NCBI GenBank assembly: GCA_964016885.1
Contig: OZ024742.1
Span: 78,926,001-78,990,000, forward strand
DNA length: 64,000 nucleotides
From: Eledone cirrhosa
Lineage: Eukaryota
Direction: 5' to 3'
The notes beneath the pieces were generated by a model. The model ran no database searches, was not told the DNA's origin, and saw only the letters and a program-made list of their open reading frames with translations. A program made the position numbers and the translations under genes. Numbering within the stretch: position 1 is the stretch's first letter; each line of letters opens with the position of its first letter. Positions 12,082 through 25,850 of this stretch are shown here, in pieces.

Positions 12082-12330
12082 AGGGTAAGGAGTAAAGACC
12101 CTCTTCTGTCATGAATGACCATGGGATTTGCACCTAGAAAGTTCTCCGCCAAAGCAAAAAGCAATGACCAATACAGCTTGGCCCTAGTGATGCTGCAACT
12201 CATTTCTATAGCTGAGTGATCTGGATCAACCTGAAATAAAGGGACTTGCTCAAGGACAGCACACATCCCCCAGTCTAAGAATCGAACTCACAACCTGATT
12301 GCAAGCCCAATGCTCTACCCACTAAGTCAT
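12082..12330 (-). mobile_element. Older tRNA-head SINE related to family 2; similar copies ~25895-26150 and ~33440-33690
   Basis: Minus-strand head TGACTTAGTGGGTAGAGCATTGGGCTTGCAATC...GAGTTCGATTC, then TCCTTGAGCAAG core. Confidence 0.65.
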
Positions 12331-14538
12331 ATATATATAATCCACAAAGATAGCTTCGTTAAAGTTTAGTGTAGAATTGGAACATTATTTATTCTGTCTA
12401 GATAACAATGGGCTATATAATAACATTTATGATATTTACATATACTTTTAGATAGCAGCTACAATTTTTATGCATAAAAATACTTAACTGATTTGGTGGA
12501 AAGCAGTGGCAAAACAAAATAGAATAAAGTTAAAACTAGATAAAAATATTCCATGAAATACAGAAAAGAAAACTATTGTGTTAGTTAGTTAACTTTCTTA
12601 CCTTCGAGTTAGAAAAAGTCCAAAACAGGAATTTGGTAAAAAAAAAAAAAAAAAAAGAATAAAGAGTATTGTTTACCCAGTTTTATCCCTCAGGTGAGTG
12701 AGACTTACCTGCAAATAGAAAAAGAAGGAAATATAAATATTTTTTTGTTTTATAGCTTCCAGGGAAATAGTAGTAGTTGTAGAAAAAGAAAAAGATGCAC
12801 CATGTTTCATAAAGACAGAGAAAGAAAAGTATTAGATTAAGTATAGACATAAAAATACTTTGGAATCAACTAGACAGAGTATAACACACATTGTCCAAGT
12901 AATAAGTTATATTTTTAACTGGATGTGAAATCAACAAGCAAGATCAGAAGGAAAAGATCAAAACCTAATGAGGGCATTTGAAACACTCCCCTGAAAATCT
13001 GACATGGCAATATTATGTGTATCATAAATACAGGCAGAGGGAGTCCTTATGCAACTAGAAAACTATTATAAAATATCCTCAGTAGAACATCTAAAAACCA
13101 AGTAAAGAATGATGAAAAACTAAAAGAAAATGGTTAGAAACATGATCAAAATAAAAAATTGTTTCCTGTTTTCAAAAAAAAAAAAAAAAGGGAAAGGAAC
13201 TAATCATCGGATTGAACCAAGGAAACCATGTTTCTATAAGTCTTTCCATTACTAATAGTACAAGCCAGTCTCAAGCCCTTGCAGGGGGAGGGGGGAAGAC
13301 AGGATTTGAAATCAGAACATACAGAATCAGATGAGACACTGCAAATCTTCCTGTCCAACACATTAATAATTCTACTAGGCCACCAGTCAGTGAGATTTAA
13401 GTTTAGAGTGGAACAAATGCTGATGTATTCAATCTAGGGCCCTAGAGACAAAACAGAGTTAGATATGACAGTTATGGAAAAAGAAAGGATAAAGAGCAAC
13501 TGAAATTGTGAAAAGGTAAAAAAAAATAAAGATCATCATCATCACCATTTAACATTATTTTTTCCACTTGAATCCACACCTAGTTCTACAAAACAATTCT
13601 GTTTATTTCAAAGTATTTATATGTAACTAAAATCTTTCCATCATAATTTTATGTAAGAGTGTTTGTTATGTTGTACTGAATAATGAAAAATTTAGTTATA
13701 TTACTTAATTCATTCAAATTCTTCATTATTTTTCAAAATGATTTGAAAACCTTAAGCAGTATCTTTAATTAGAAATATAGTAATAAATGGGTTAAAGGTA
13801 CATATTGAATCAAATTACCTCCCGTCCTCCACAAAATTGAAACATCAGCAGCCCGTCTAAAGAAGGAGCTCCACAAAGTAAGATGGCTTTTGCATCAGCT
13901 GTCACTGGCCACAGAAATGTCTTTGCAGTTTTGTCTGCAAGGCACAAACCAAACACCACACCACCCTAGGCCCAGAGTCCATCACCCTCTCCCCTTCCCC
14001 TAACTTTCTTCTGTGGCCCAAGAGTCCTTGCTTTTCCCCTTCTTTTCCACTCATTTATGCCATTTATAGTCCTTTCCAATACTATACCATACAACCAGAT
14101 CTACCCTTCTTTACCAATTCCCCCTTTACTCATTACTTAATTTTGTTTATCTTTCTATTTCATATTTATGTAATTATCAATGGTTTTTAAGCCAATTTGT
14201 GAGTGAAACATGTCACTGGTTATTCATTTTCCTCCTTTTTTCTTCAACCTCCCAGATAAACCTAATAATCAATGACAATGTTGTTACCAGCAAAACATAA
14301 ACAGAATGTAACTAAACATCTCAAAGTGATTGTCCAATAGTCTAATGACAAGAAAAATGTTCAATATTTTTAGTGAAAGTATACTATCAAATGAGTTGAC
14401 TTCTGTAGCACACTGGTTGTTGGTGTGGTTATTTAGCCGTAGATCAGTCATGATCAAGGAGACATGATTAAAAGCACTTCAGCTGTAACCATCCAGTGTA
14501 TTTGTTGTTGTTTGGTTTACATAATCTAATGGTTTCTG

Positions 14539-14790
14539 TTAAGACAGATAGCTGTGATTTGAGGTAGATTTGACTATTATGTCTAGCACATCATGCAACA
14601 ATGTATTAGCTTTCTTCTTGACTCGTTTTAAGACAGCTGGGTGTGATTTGAAATAGATTCGACTGTTATGTCTAGCACATCATACAACAATATATTAGCT
14701 TTCTTCTTGACTCGTTTTAAGACAGCTGGGTGTGATTTGAGGTGATTTGACTATCATGTCTAGCACATCAAGCAACGATATAGAAGCTAC
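14539..14790. repeat. ~90-bp tandem repeat, about 3 copies
   Basis: TTAAGACAG...GTGTGATTTGA...ATGTCTAGCACATCA repeated three times. Confidence 0.85.
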
Positions 14791-14942
14791 CTTTGCTTAT
14801 TTTCTGGTTGGTTTACAAAACACTGGTACTTAACATATCAATGCAGATCACAAGCACAGAAGCAGAAAGAAATCCTATGTTGTTTATAAGAATAAAATTA
14901 AAGATAGATAGGGAGTAAAATGAATTAAGGATATAGTGTAAA

Positions 14943-14987
<45 letters not shown>

Positions 14988-15339
14988 CAGCAGCAGTGAT
15001 CGAGAAAAGTTTCCTGTAATAGATTTCCGATTTCCAAAGAAGCATTTAAAGGAATGACAAATATGATTTAAAGTATAGACATATGGGAATTAAAAACTAA
15101 AAAGTAAAAAGGCGTTACAGAAAAAAAAACAAAAAAAACAGCAGAACACTGTGAAATTTTTCGGTAAGGAAAGAAATAAAACATGAAATAAGGTAAAAAG
15201 CTGAAAAAGATAACATCATAAGAGTGAAAAATAAAAAGCGTGGGGAATTGGAAAGTTAGTATGATAAAATCGAAAATAAATAAATAATAATAATGGAAAA
15301 TGATAAAAAAAAATGTATGTAACTGAAATTCTTGTGTGA

Positions 15340-15356
15340 AGTATACATATAAATGC

Positions 15357-15388
<32 letters not shown>

Positions 15389-15414
15389 ATACATATATAC
15401 ATACATATATACAC

Positions 15415-15465
<51 letters not shown>

Positions 15466-16150
15466 CATACATACATATACACACACACACACACAATGTG
15501 TTGGTTTTCATCATACACATACACAAATTTATACTGCTGATCATATAAATGTGTATACACATATATACACACATATATATATACACGTATATTCACAGAT
15601 ACATTTATAATACACACCCACACACGGTAGTTGTGAAAATGTAAACTTAATTGTATATATACATTCAAATTATACACACACACATGCATATATGTATGGA
15701 CCTATGTATATGTGGGTATATGTATGTATACATATATGCATATGTGTATATATGTATACATATATGTATATGTATGGACCTATATATATGTGTGTATATG
15801 TATGTATGTATACATATATGTATGGACCTATATATATGTGTGTGTATATATATATATGTATATGAATGTATGGACCTATATATATGTGTATGTATATATA
15901 CATATATGTATGGACCTATATATGTGTGTGTGTAATATATATATATATATATATATACATATATAATATATATATATATGTGTGTGTGTGTGTATGTATG
16001 TACGTATGTGTGTATGTATATGTATATGTATTCATTTCTACAGTCATGATTGGACAAAATGGAAATAGTGGTATAAATTGAACAGATGCTATATACATCA
16101 TTCATACACACCATATATATATACACACACCATATACATACATACATACA
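15340..16150. repeat. Compound (TA)n/(CA)n microsatellite with embedded ATGTATGGACCTA unit (5 copies)
   Basis: Direct inspection; source of the many YI/HT-rich ORFs. Confidence 0.9.
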
Positions 16151-16532
16151 CAGATATAAGTTCAGTGTTAATATTTAAAATATGCTGACATATTGTAAGT
16201 GTGCAGCAATGCAACAGCTGCAAATTTTAACCTGACAGCATGCAAGACACAAGGAATACATCCGATTTTATTTTTCCTATCAGATATTTTCCTTTTTTGC
16301 TGTATGGTTTTTCCCCAATATTTTCTCACTTTTGTTAAGTTTTTCTATGTTTATTTTTTATTGTTGAAAATTTATTGTTTGGAAGACATATGGGAAGATA
16401 AAGAAACAGTGCAATAAAATTAACAATTAAATAAAATCTTAGATAAAGGAAAAACCATAAATTTCCGAAACCAATGGATGTTTTTCAAAGAAAATTAAAA
16501 CTTCAATATAACTATATATATAACTATATATA

Positions 16533-16575
<43 letters not shown>

Positions 16576-17255
16576 GTGAGGTTTTTTTTACAAAATGAAA
16601 AATAACCGAGGTGTCCTACACGAGTGAAAGTATAAAAAAAAACATGAAATCGAAAATGCAACTGGAGTCTTATTTTAAAAAAAATATATATATTTATTTG
16701 GTTCCTTTACCGGTTTTGCAGTTCTTCTCAGGTCGTTTTTTCATATATGAATTTCTTTTTACTTAAAAAAAAAGCCTTTTTTTTTTAATAAACGTAATTT
16801 GATTGGTTATAAATGAAATTATGGCTGTCACGTGAACAAGTTTTCATTAAATTCTGCGCCCTTATTTGGAAATCTATTCTGTAGCCTTTTTAGAGAATTT
16901 TATGACAAGCAAAAGATAATGGTCAAGAGAAATGGGATGGGAGAATTGTTCTGGTTCAGTGAATATGGTTAGTTCGCTGGGGTGTCAGAATTCAGATGTT
17001 CTATTGAAATAAAGAAAGTAAAGATATGTATGTTTATTTGCGTGCTTGTGTGTGTGTGTGTGTTGTGTGTGTGTTTGAATTTCTTTTTACTTAAAAAAAT
17101 GGGGCTCACGAAGGCTTTTATATATATATATAATATATCATGAATAAGGAATAAGGTTTAAACCTTAAGTTACTTTATTTTATTCAAGCTCTCCACTTTA
17201 AAAAAAAAAAACGTAGGTCACTAATTCTCTTCAAATTTTACTGATATAGAATAAT

Positions 17256-17442
17256 TGTTTCTACTTTTGGCACAAGGCCAGCAATTACCCAGTGTATTAC
17301 TGGTACTTTATTTTATCGACCCTGTAAGGATGAAAGGCAAAGATATCCTCGGCGGGATTTGAACTCAGACCATAAAGGGATGTAACTCTTTGCTGCAAAG
17401 CATGGCGTTCGACCGTCTACCGATACTGCCAATCCACCGCCC
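17256..17442 (-). mobile_element. SINE family 1, full length, with 18-bp TSD
   Basis: TSD TTACTGATATAGAATAAT at 17238-17255 and 17443-17460. Confidence 0.92.
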
Positions 17443-17642
17443 TTACTGATATAGAATAATGTAATCAATATCTTTGTGTGTACCCAGATTAGTATAGGTA
17501 CAATGTATCTCTGTGTGTAATATGAGGCAACTAAAATGTTTGGTAACAGGAAGGCAATTAGATGTTAAATATTACCTGAAGAACATACTCTTAATGAGCA
17601 TGGTGTCTACCAACGGGCTTGAAATGTAAACCTCTGCTTTAA

Positions 17643-17848
17643 CCTTTTAGCATTTAAACTAGAATTCTCTCACCTCTTTCTGTTTGAACCGGCTGTAACA
17701 GGCCGCTCATACTGATGTTAAGATATTGTTCTCAATATGAATAATATGAAAATCTCATAGATTCGATATTATATGAGATAATTATGTAAGGTAAAGCCTT
17801 TACCATGAAAATATAATAGTAAATATAGAGTAATGTAAATGCTAACGG
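17643..17848 (+). mobile_element. piggyBac-type MITE (~210 bp)
   Basis: TTAA flanks; TIR CC(C)TTTAGCATTT; body shared with 20276, 54242 and 63011 copies. Confidence 0.8.
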
Positions 17849-18339
17849 TTAACAGGGGAAGAAATGGCTAGGAAACGCGTGTTCTGTTTTTAAAAGACAT
17901 AATTTATATGTAATTATCATTACAATATATAGATTCGTATGTGAATAGACTGCTTGATGCTTGTGTGCAAAATGCAATGTTGCAGGTATGAATATTAAAT
18001 GCAGACGATGTACAAAAGCTAGAAATAGATTGAACATGATTTGTTATATGTGTAATAAATGATAAATCCCACATAACTTAACAGAAAAACTAAGTATAAA
18101 AAGAATCTTAAAAAACATGTTAATAAATGGTTTGACATTGTACAAATAAACGAATTAGTTACCTTCTTCAGTTTTTAAAAATATCATTTTAACAAGTGCC
18201 AAAATAATTTTCAAAATAATATAAGATCAAAATTATTATGTAGTGAAGTAATCTTAACAAAACATATTTTCCACTGTTTGATATTAATATGCAAACATTC
18301 GAAAGGTGTGGTTGCTTAATTAGCTAGAAATAACAGTTT

Positions 18340-18574
18340 CCATACATACTAGAATATGAGCTGAGGAATATGTAACCAAAAAAAATTGATGCTAAAATGG
18401 GAGGTTGGCTTATATACACCATTTAAACAAAGTATTGATTAGCTGCCTCAGGTTATAAATGGGGTTTAGATTTTCGTCTATTTCTCAGATATAAAATAGA
18501 GGAGTCAGATTATATTTGATTATCATGCTATCATGGAAGATGGACGTATGATGATGATGATGATGATATACGGT
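18340..18574 (-). mobile_element. Tc2-type MITE with a short RTE tail fragment inserted near one end
   Basis: CCATACATACTAGAATATGAGCTGAGGAATATG ... ATATACGGTA; homologous to 54522-54743. Confidence 0.6.
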
Positions 18575-20275
18575 AAATCTCTCTGAACAAGTAATCAAGA
18601 TGAAGTCATTTACCTCCACTCTACAATTTTCTTAACCCTTTTGTGACGATATTTCTAAGAAAAATATATTCTGTTCTTGCGTATTAATTTTTTAAATAAG
18701 CAAGAATTGTGAGAGGCTTAATGAATAACTTTGGTGTCATTTAGAGGAGGAGGAAGTTAATTACTTGATTACTTTATTTTATTGATTCCAAGAGGTTGAA
18801 AGGTAAAGTTGACCTCTGCAGTAAACTCAGAATGTTAAGAGCTGAAACAAATATTGCAAAGTATTTTATCTAACATGCTACAAAGGTGAGTTGAAAAGTT
18901 CATAGGCTGGCTATGAAGGCATGATGCTAGAGCTGTGAATTCTCGCATGCATCAGCTGATGATCTTTTCAGCTGACCTTCAAAATGAATCTACTAATCCA
19001 CCACTCTAACTTTCAACTTAATTATAAAAGCCAAATATTTAACTGCTTAAATCTAATTAACTGTCATGTAAAAATTTGAATACTTGAAAGATGTGCTTTT
19101 AGGTGCATTATTTGAACTTGGAATAGAGAAGCAGTGACCAAGTAACTATAAAGCAGCAAGATAAAATATGTGGTTGAGCTGATAATATCTAGGGTTTCAA
19201 AATCTAGTGCAGGTGGTTTGACATACTAGAAGAAACAAATACTAGAAATTCTGATGATTATATAGGGTGGCATCTTACACTAAGGGAGGTTTCTCCCTTA
19301 TCTGTTACAATCTAAATAGAGCTTAATACCAGTACTTCAGAGACCATTGAGTCTCCCGGAAGCATAAACAGTACAGTATGGTATAGCCATTAAGACATCT
19401 CCTCCACCCTTATTTTACTAAAGATGAATTGCCGGAAATAATAAAAGATAATGAAAAGAAAATATATTTTTTTTAAATAGGAAATAAAAGTAAAACGCAG
19501 ACAGAATCTACACAGAACACCCATATATCTTCAAAAATTTGAAGCAAAGAGTAATGGATAGAACAAATATATGAATAAAACTAGGCAAATTTAGACAGGG
19601 CCAATACTTCTATATACATGCATTCACATGCATGTTTATATAGTTGCACATATAGATCAGCAACAGAGTCAAAACAAAAAGAAAAATAATTCCAAATTGA
19701 AATATGTAAGATAAATAAATTAATAAATAGACTTAGTATGATTTGTTGCTTTTTGTTGTAGTTTTTGCAGTAGTTGCCAATATTTTGTTATTTTATGTGT
19801 GCATATGTGTGTACATGTGTTTGTGTGCATGTGTGTGTGTGCAAGTGTGTGTTTATGTGTGTGTATTTGTGTGTGCATGTGTGTATAATTTTTCTTTTCT
19901 CTCTGCTTTTTTTCTTTTATTGCAGATGTTTAACTGATTAGTTTATGCTGTTTAACAACTTAACTAAATATTTCTGTTAAAAGAACAACAACAGACTCAG
20001 TAATCCTCCTATTTCTACATCCGGTGCCAGAAGGAAGGACTAAACTGCACTAACAAAAAGATGTAAACCAAAGAGTGTATGCAATGAGGAAAAAAAAATA
20101 TAGATGAGTGTTGCCCATGATGCATATATTAGCATCCACACAAAGAATCAAAGTAACTACTATATCATTACACTCTTAAATTAACATACAGTATAGCAAA
20201 GTAAAATAGATATTAAGTCTTCAGCATATATCACAACACAAAACTCCATCTATATCATCCTCATCATCAATTTAA

Positions 20276-20483
20276 CCCTTTAGCATTTAAACAGGCCGTG
20301 TCTGGCCAGAATTCTCTCACCTCTTCTTGTTCAAGCCAGCCATAACCAGTTGCTCATACTTATGTTAAGGTATTGTTCTCAAAATAAATAATATTAAAAC
20401 CTCATGGATTTAATATTATGTGAGATAAAGTGTTTACTGCGAAAATACAATAGTATATATAGAGTAACGTAAATGCTAAAGGT
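20276..20483 (+). mobile_element. piggyBac-type MITE
   Basis: TTAA-CCCTTTAGCATTT ... AAATGCTAAAGGT-TTAA. Confidence 0.85.
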
Positions 20484-20915
20484 TTAATAAGGAGAGTTGA
20501 AATTAATGCATGTAAGATTTCACAGCTCTAGCATCACTCATTCATAGTCAGCCTATGAACTGTTCCATCGACCATCATGTGTGTGCATGCATGTTTTGCA
20601 AAGTAATTAAACAACACACCTGTACAACGAACTATGGCCTCATCCCATCCAAATAGGGAAGTGAGCTTTAACATAGTCACAGTTACTTGATCAGAAAGAA
20701 ATAATAACAGAATAAGATCCTACCATGTCCAAGAATGTAACAACATATGAAATAATATAGACTTAGATATATTATGTTTGGAAAAAATGGAAGTTGCTTA
20801 CAAGATAAAACATTTCTTTATCATTCTGTTTTATAATGGCCGAGTTATGGAATAGTTTCTGCTATACAGTATATATCATGTGACTTTAGTCTTAAGTAGG
20901 TATGTTTTAACAAAT

Positions 20916-21270
20916 GGAGGCACATGGCTTAGTGGTTAGAGCATTGGCCTTGCAATCGAAAGGTTGTGAGTTCAATTCTCAGACCGGGTGATGTGTTGTT
21001 TCCTTGAGCAAGGCACTTTATCACATTGCTCCAGTTTACTCAGCTGTAGTCCCTATCATTGCTCCAGTTTACTCAACTGGGGTCCCTATCATTCCACTGC
21101 AAAGTGGTCGTGGAGATGCCACAGCAAAAAAGCACCCAGCACTCACTGTAAATGAAGTTGGTGTTAGGAAGGGCATCCAGCTGTAGAAATCAAGCCAGAA
21201 TCAGTTCCCGTCCCACCCTTGCAAGCAGGGAAAAGTGGACGTAAAAAGAAATGATGATGATGAATGATGA
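20916..21270 (+). mobile_element. tRNA-derived SINE family 2 with RTE-derived body and 3' tail
   Basis: A box TGGCTTAGTGG, B box GAGTTCAATTC, TCCTTGAGCAAGGCACTT core, GTTAGGAAGGGCATCCAGCTGTAG, tail CCCGTCCCACCCTTGCAAGCAGGG..GGACGTAAAA(TGA)n matching the LINE A 3' end. Confidence 0.9.
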
Positions 21271-22019
21271 TAAAGGGTGTGTATGTGTGACATCCAAACA
21301 AGTATATCCCACCACTAACTTACACTCTGCCTCATGGTCCTCACCAACAGGATGGAGAATACATTGCCCCGAAGGACAGAGAGTGAGGTGGCTAAACATC
21401 AACAATAACCATGACCACCAATGCACAGCAGGTGAGGGGGAGAGTGGGGGAAAGAGAGTAAAGAAGGAGGAGGAGAATGAGGGGCTAGAAAGACTAAAAT
21501 AGGGAGAAGGAAATGGAGGAACATAATCTTTATCAACTTTGATATTGTGCCATCATAGAAAAACAAAATCAATGAACTGGTTCATACCATCTGCCTATTT
21601 TCACTAAATAAGCATTTAATGAGGCCATTGGGAAATGAAGGATTGAAGAAGAATTGAATAAAAGATGTTTGTCTACATTCACAATTCTTAACCCTGAGGA
21701 AAATTTCAGGATTCCTGGGGGAAATTTATGGATTCCTGTCAGGAAATTGCTTTTAGGATGAAGAAGTCTTTATCATTATTCCAACTGTTTTTGCTAGATT
21801 TATTTTCCTTAATGTTTACTTTTAATAAAGCTAATGTTAATTAAGACTTAATGTTATGCAATATATGGCATTCTATACAAAACTACCTTTTCATATTTGG
21901 ATGGGGGGGGGATAAGAATTGTGAAGTGTTTAAAGAGGGAATGAAGAATAAAAGCAAAGAAAAATATAAATCTATATAAACATGCATGTATAAATAAATC
22001 TCCATTATGTGTGTGAGTT

Positions 22020-22079
<60 letters not shown>

Positions 22080-22567
22080 ACTGATGAAATAATATTTTTC
22101 CTAGTGAAATTCTTAACCCTTTCCTTACCACATTCTTACCGGAAGATATTGCTAATGATTTTCAAACAATTTTGAAAATAATGGAGAATTGGAAGGGGGG
22201 GGGGGGGGTAGTAATACGTATAACTAGCTTTCTTCTTATTAAGCTTAAAGATCCTTGCATAATATTGCAATAGGGAGGAAGGTTTTTAGATAAATATAAA
22301 CACTTTAAAATAAAGTTTTGTATCAGAGGCAAGGTCACCATGGCCTAACTGACCGTTTCCTCCTTGTACTCTATTGATATAGATCTCTGGCATCCTTTAT
22401 CCCCACACAGCTGATTTCCTCCATAAACTCAAAAATACAGCGACCCAGTCAAATTTTGAAGAAGATAAATATATTTTTCTCCTTATTAATCTGGTGTTTG
22501 GAAAATAAGTTCTTAAATTAAAAAAAAATGAGATTTAAAGTATTTAAATAAATATATAAACTGTAAA

Positions 22568-22652
22568 ATAATTGTTTCTACTTTTGGCACAAGGCCAGCA
22601 AATACCTAGTGCATTACTGGTACTTTATTTTATCAACCCTGTAAGGATGAAA
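22568..22652 (-). mobile_element. SINE family 1, 5'-truncated
   Basis: 3' half of the consensus only. Confidence 0.75.
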
Positions 22653-25481
22653 AATAATGTCAAAGAACCAGGGGTGGTTACAGGTAGTTTGGTATTAAAA
22701 GTGTTAATATATTATTAGTATATTTTCTATACATTTTGGATATTTTTCTAAATTGTCAAGCCATGCAATAATTTGACATTGAAAATAAATATGTGTATCT
22801 CCATATGTGGATCTCATGGATCAGGGTTTTGTTAATTTTTTTTTTATAGAGAACCAGTTGTTACCCTTACAAGCATGGCTGGATTAACCCTTCAACAAAA
22901 TAAGCATAGGCAAAACATGAAAAGTTTATCCAATGGTCTTGTGACTGACATGCTATACTTTAAATCTGTGTGTGTATGTGTTTGTCTGTATAGACACACA
23001 CACACACATATATATATGCTCGAAGACACACATGCACCCAAAACACACACACATAAGAATGGTTGCACTGATAAACTTCTCAGATTTCTAACACTATTTG
23101 TATCACTGAATCAAGAAAATATCTCAAATTAGGGCCCTCCCATAAATGTTTGTTACAAAGTTGACTCAACTTAATGAACCCAGGGATTGGGTGGTGGGGT
23201 TGGAGGTGATAAGCCAGATAAGATTAAGTCTACCATCCATGTAGGCCACAGCAGAATTTGCACTGCTAATACAAATAGCTAAAACAAATCGTTGAAAAAA
23301 TCAGGCCTGACTAACAATATTGGTAGACCATCACTCAAGACTAATAAATTCTTTATTGTGTTTCATGGAAGGATTTGAGCTTGGTAGGGTTTGAAAGCAT
23401 AGTGCAAGACATCAGAAGACTAGCATGAAGGAAGCAAGAATTTATCTTCAGAATAGAAATCTGGTCTAAATATTTGCAAAAGAGTGGATGCCTTGAAGGG
23501 CAACTTAGGGACAGGTTATGGTGTTATGCCTACCCCCCATGTAGGTAAACATAATTATTAAAATTCAAATATACGAGTCTGTATATATAGGTATGTATAT
23601 CCTAGTGTTTCAGTTTCACAACACCTGGCTGATGTTTATACATTAGTCTGTTTATGTTATTACATTTGACTTATGTTTGTATATAATGCTTACTATAATG
23701 ACTGCATTGGATTTTATATTTAAATAACTTTCAACTAATGGCATCAACACAACTAGAGTGTGTACATGTGCATGTGTGTGTGTGTGTTTGCATATGTGTA
23801 CTCATTTAGATATACACAGACAGACAGATAGACAACTAAATCACACAGCAAGAACAAAAGTATGTATAGCAAGAAAGGTAAATTAATACAGGGAATTCTT
23901 CAGAACATGCCTGTATCGAAACAAAATCCCTAAGTGATCTATGATCAAGCAGACATATACCACCCAACCACTCAAATACTCTTGACTCGCTCATTACTCC
24001 TTTCATCACCTAAATAGTGCCTAAACCTCAGACCCCCCACTAAATGCAATGCCCAATCTTTCCTAACTAGAAATATAACCCTTTAGAATTACCTGCCTGT
24101 TCATGTCTTTATTACAGACATTGACATACAACAGTTTAAGTTGAACATCAATGACACTACTTCAGCAGTAGTGGAGGGACAGTGAGGGCTTGTAAGAGCT
24201 GGTGAAGGCCAAAAATACTGCCTCATCCACAAGAATTAAATAAAAGAAAGGCATTCTAGTTATTTTGTATATCTGGAACTTCTCATCTTATCAGACTTCA
24301 TCAATGAACTATAGTCTAACTGTTATTAAACAAAATCTTAGAATGACAGAAGATAATTGAAGACATTTTATTATTGAATCAACACTGGCATAAAAACTTG
24401 CCTAACTGGGGCAGTTAACTAGTTATACAGTAAATTAACCTCATAACTATTGATGCATATGTATGTGTGTGTGTGGGTTTGTGTTCAAAATAATGATTAC
24501 CTATAATTAGTGTCAATGTCCAGCATACATACACTAACACACTCTAACACACACTCTGCTCCTGGTTTATATATGTGTATTGTGTACTTCAGCATCTATG
24601 TGTATGTGTTGTTATTTCTGTTTACCTTTTACATACATACACATATATATATATATATTTATATATATATATATATATATATATAAAGAAGAACAAAATG
24701 AGTTTTCAAATTAAGGTTTTTACTGATCAGGCTCAGTTACGAACGTTTCACAGATCAGTGGCTCAAGATCTGTATTTGGATATAAACCTGACTCCTGCAC
24801 ATCAGCAGTGTTAATCAAGCAAAACCAAAATCTCATATATATACATATATAATATATATACACACACACACACATTTGTGTGTTTGTATATGTGTGTATA
24901 TTTAAGTATGTATTTGTACATATGTATATTATCATTCTTACATGTATGACACTTTTCCATGTTGGCATGGGCTCTCTGGGACTTCTTGAAGCAGTGGTTT
25001 AATGAGAGATGCTCATCCTGACACTCACCGTTTTGTCATCTCTAGTGACATATAGGAATATGGAATACTTCTAGAAATCAGATTTCACACAAGGTTATAC
25101 ATATATATCATCATCATCACTGTTTATCATCCACTTCCATGCTAGCATGAGTTTGACAAGTTGTCCCATTGTGAGACAAGCCAGATCAGGTGAATGTGTC
25201 TTGCTCATACAGATATATGTATATAATACTAATATCAAATGAATATATATACCCATCAAATACATGTTTCCTTGTGGTTGATGGGGGTGATATACACACC
25301 TTCAAAAGAGGATCCAATAAAATCCGAAAATTGATTAAACATGTTTATCATTCATCATTATCATCATCACCAGTTAATGTCCATTTTTCCATGCTAGCAT
25401 ATTTCAAATTATAGGGAAATTCGTATTTTCTGGCAAGTTTACATAGTCAATAAATAATGTGTATATTTATATATACACAGT

Positions 25482-25850
25482 CAGTAGGCATCTCTAACAA
25501 AATACACCCCTGTCCCACCACCCCCACCCATCCACACCGCCCCCTTCTATGTAAAGTTATGTTGGTGCCACACCATCCAGGCCGAAACAAATGAGATCGT
25601 GTAGGTGTCACGACAAAAAAACACAGTCCACGCTGTAATGTGGCCGTGTAGGCAACACAGTAAAAACCTCCCAGACCCACACTGTAAATGTGGTTGGTGT
25701 TAGGAAGGGCATCCAACTGTAGAAAACCTGCCAGACAGTCCTATGCGAGCAAGACAATCACTCTTGCCTCAAGTGGGAAAATCCCCGTCCAAACCCATGC
25801 AAGCGTGGAACACGGACGTTAAACGTTGATGATGATGATGATGATGATGA
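25482..25850 (+). mobile_element. 5'-truncated copy (3' UTR only) of RTE lineage B
   Basis: Nearly identical to 45664-46040, from CAGTAGGCATCTCTAAC to GACGTTAAACGTT(GAT)n. Confidence 0.92.

Noticed and set aside
15068-16147. Many overlapping Y/I/C/V/H-rich ORFs (also 40235-40916, 45966-46334, 50444-50997, 56607-57145)
   Set aside because: Translations of (TA)n/(CA)n repeats
20916-20990. tRNA gene
   Set aside because: A/B boxes continue into a SINE body and tail; no acceptor stem or terminator; multiple diverged copies
22081-22115. CTGATGA...GAAA hammerhead-like motif
   Set aside because: No stem I or stem II pairing
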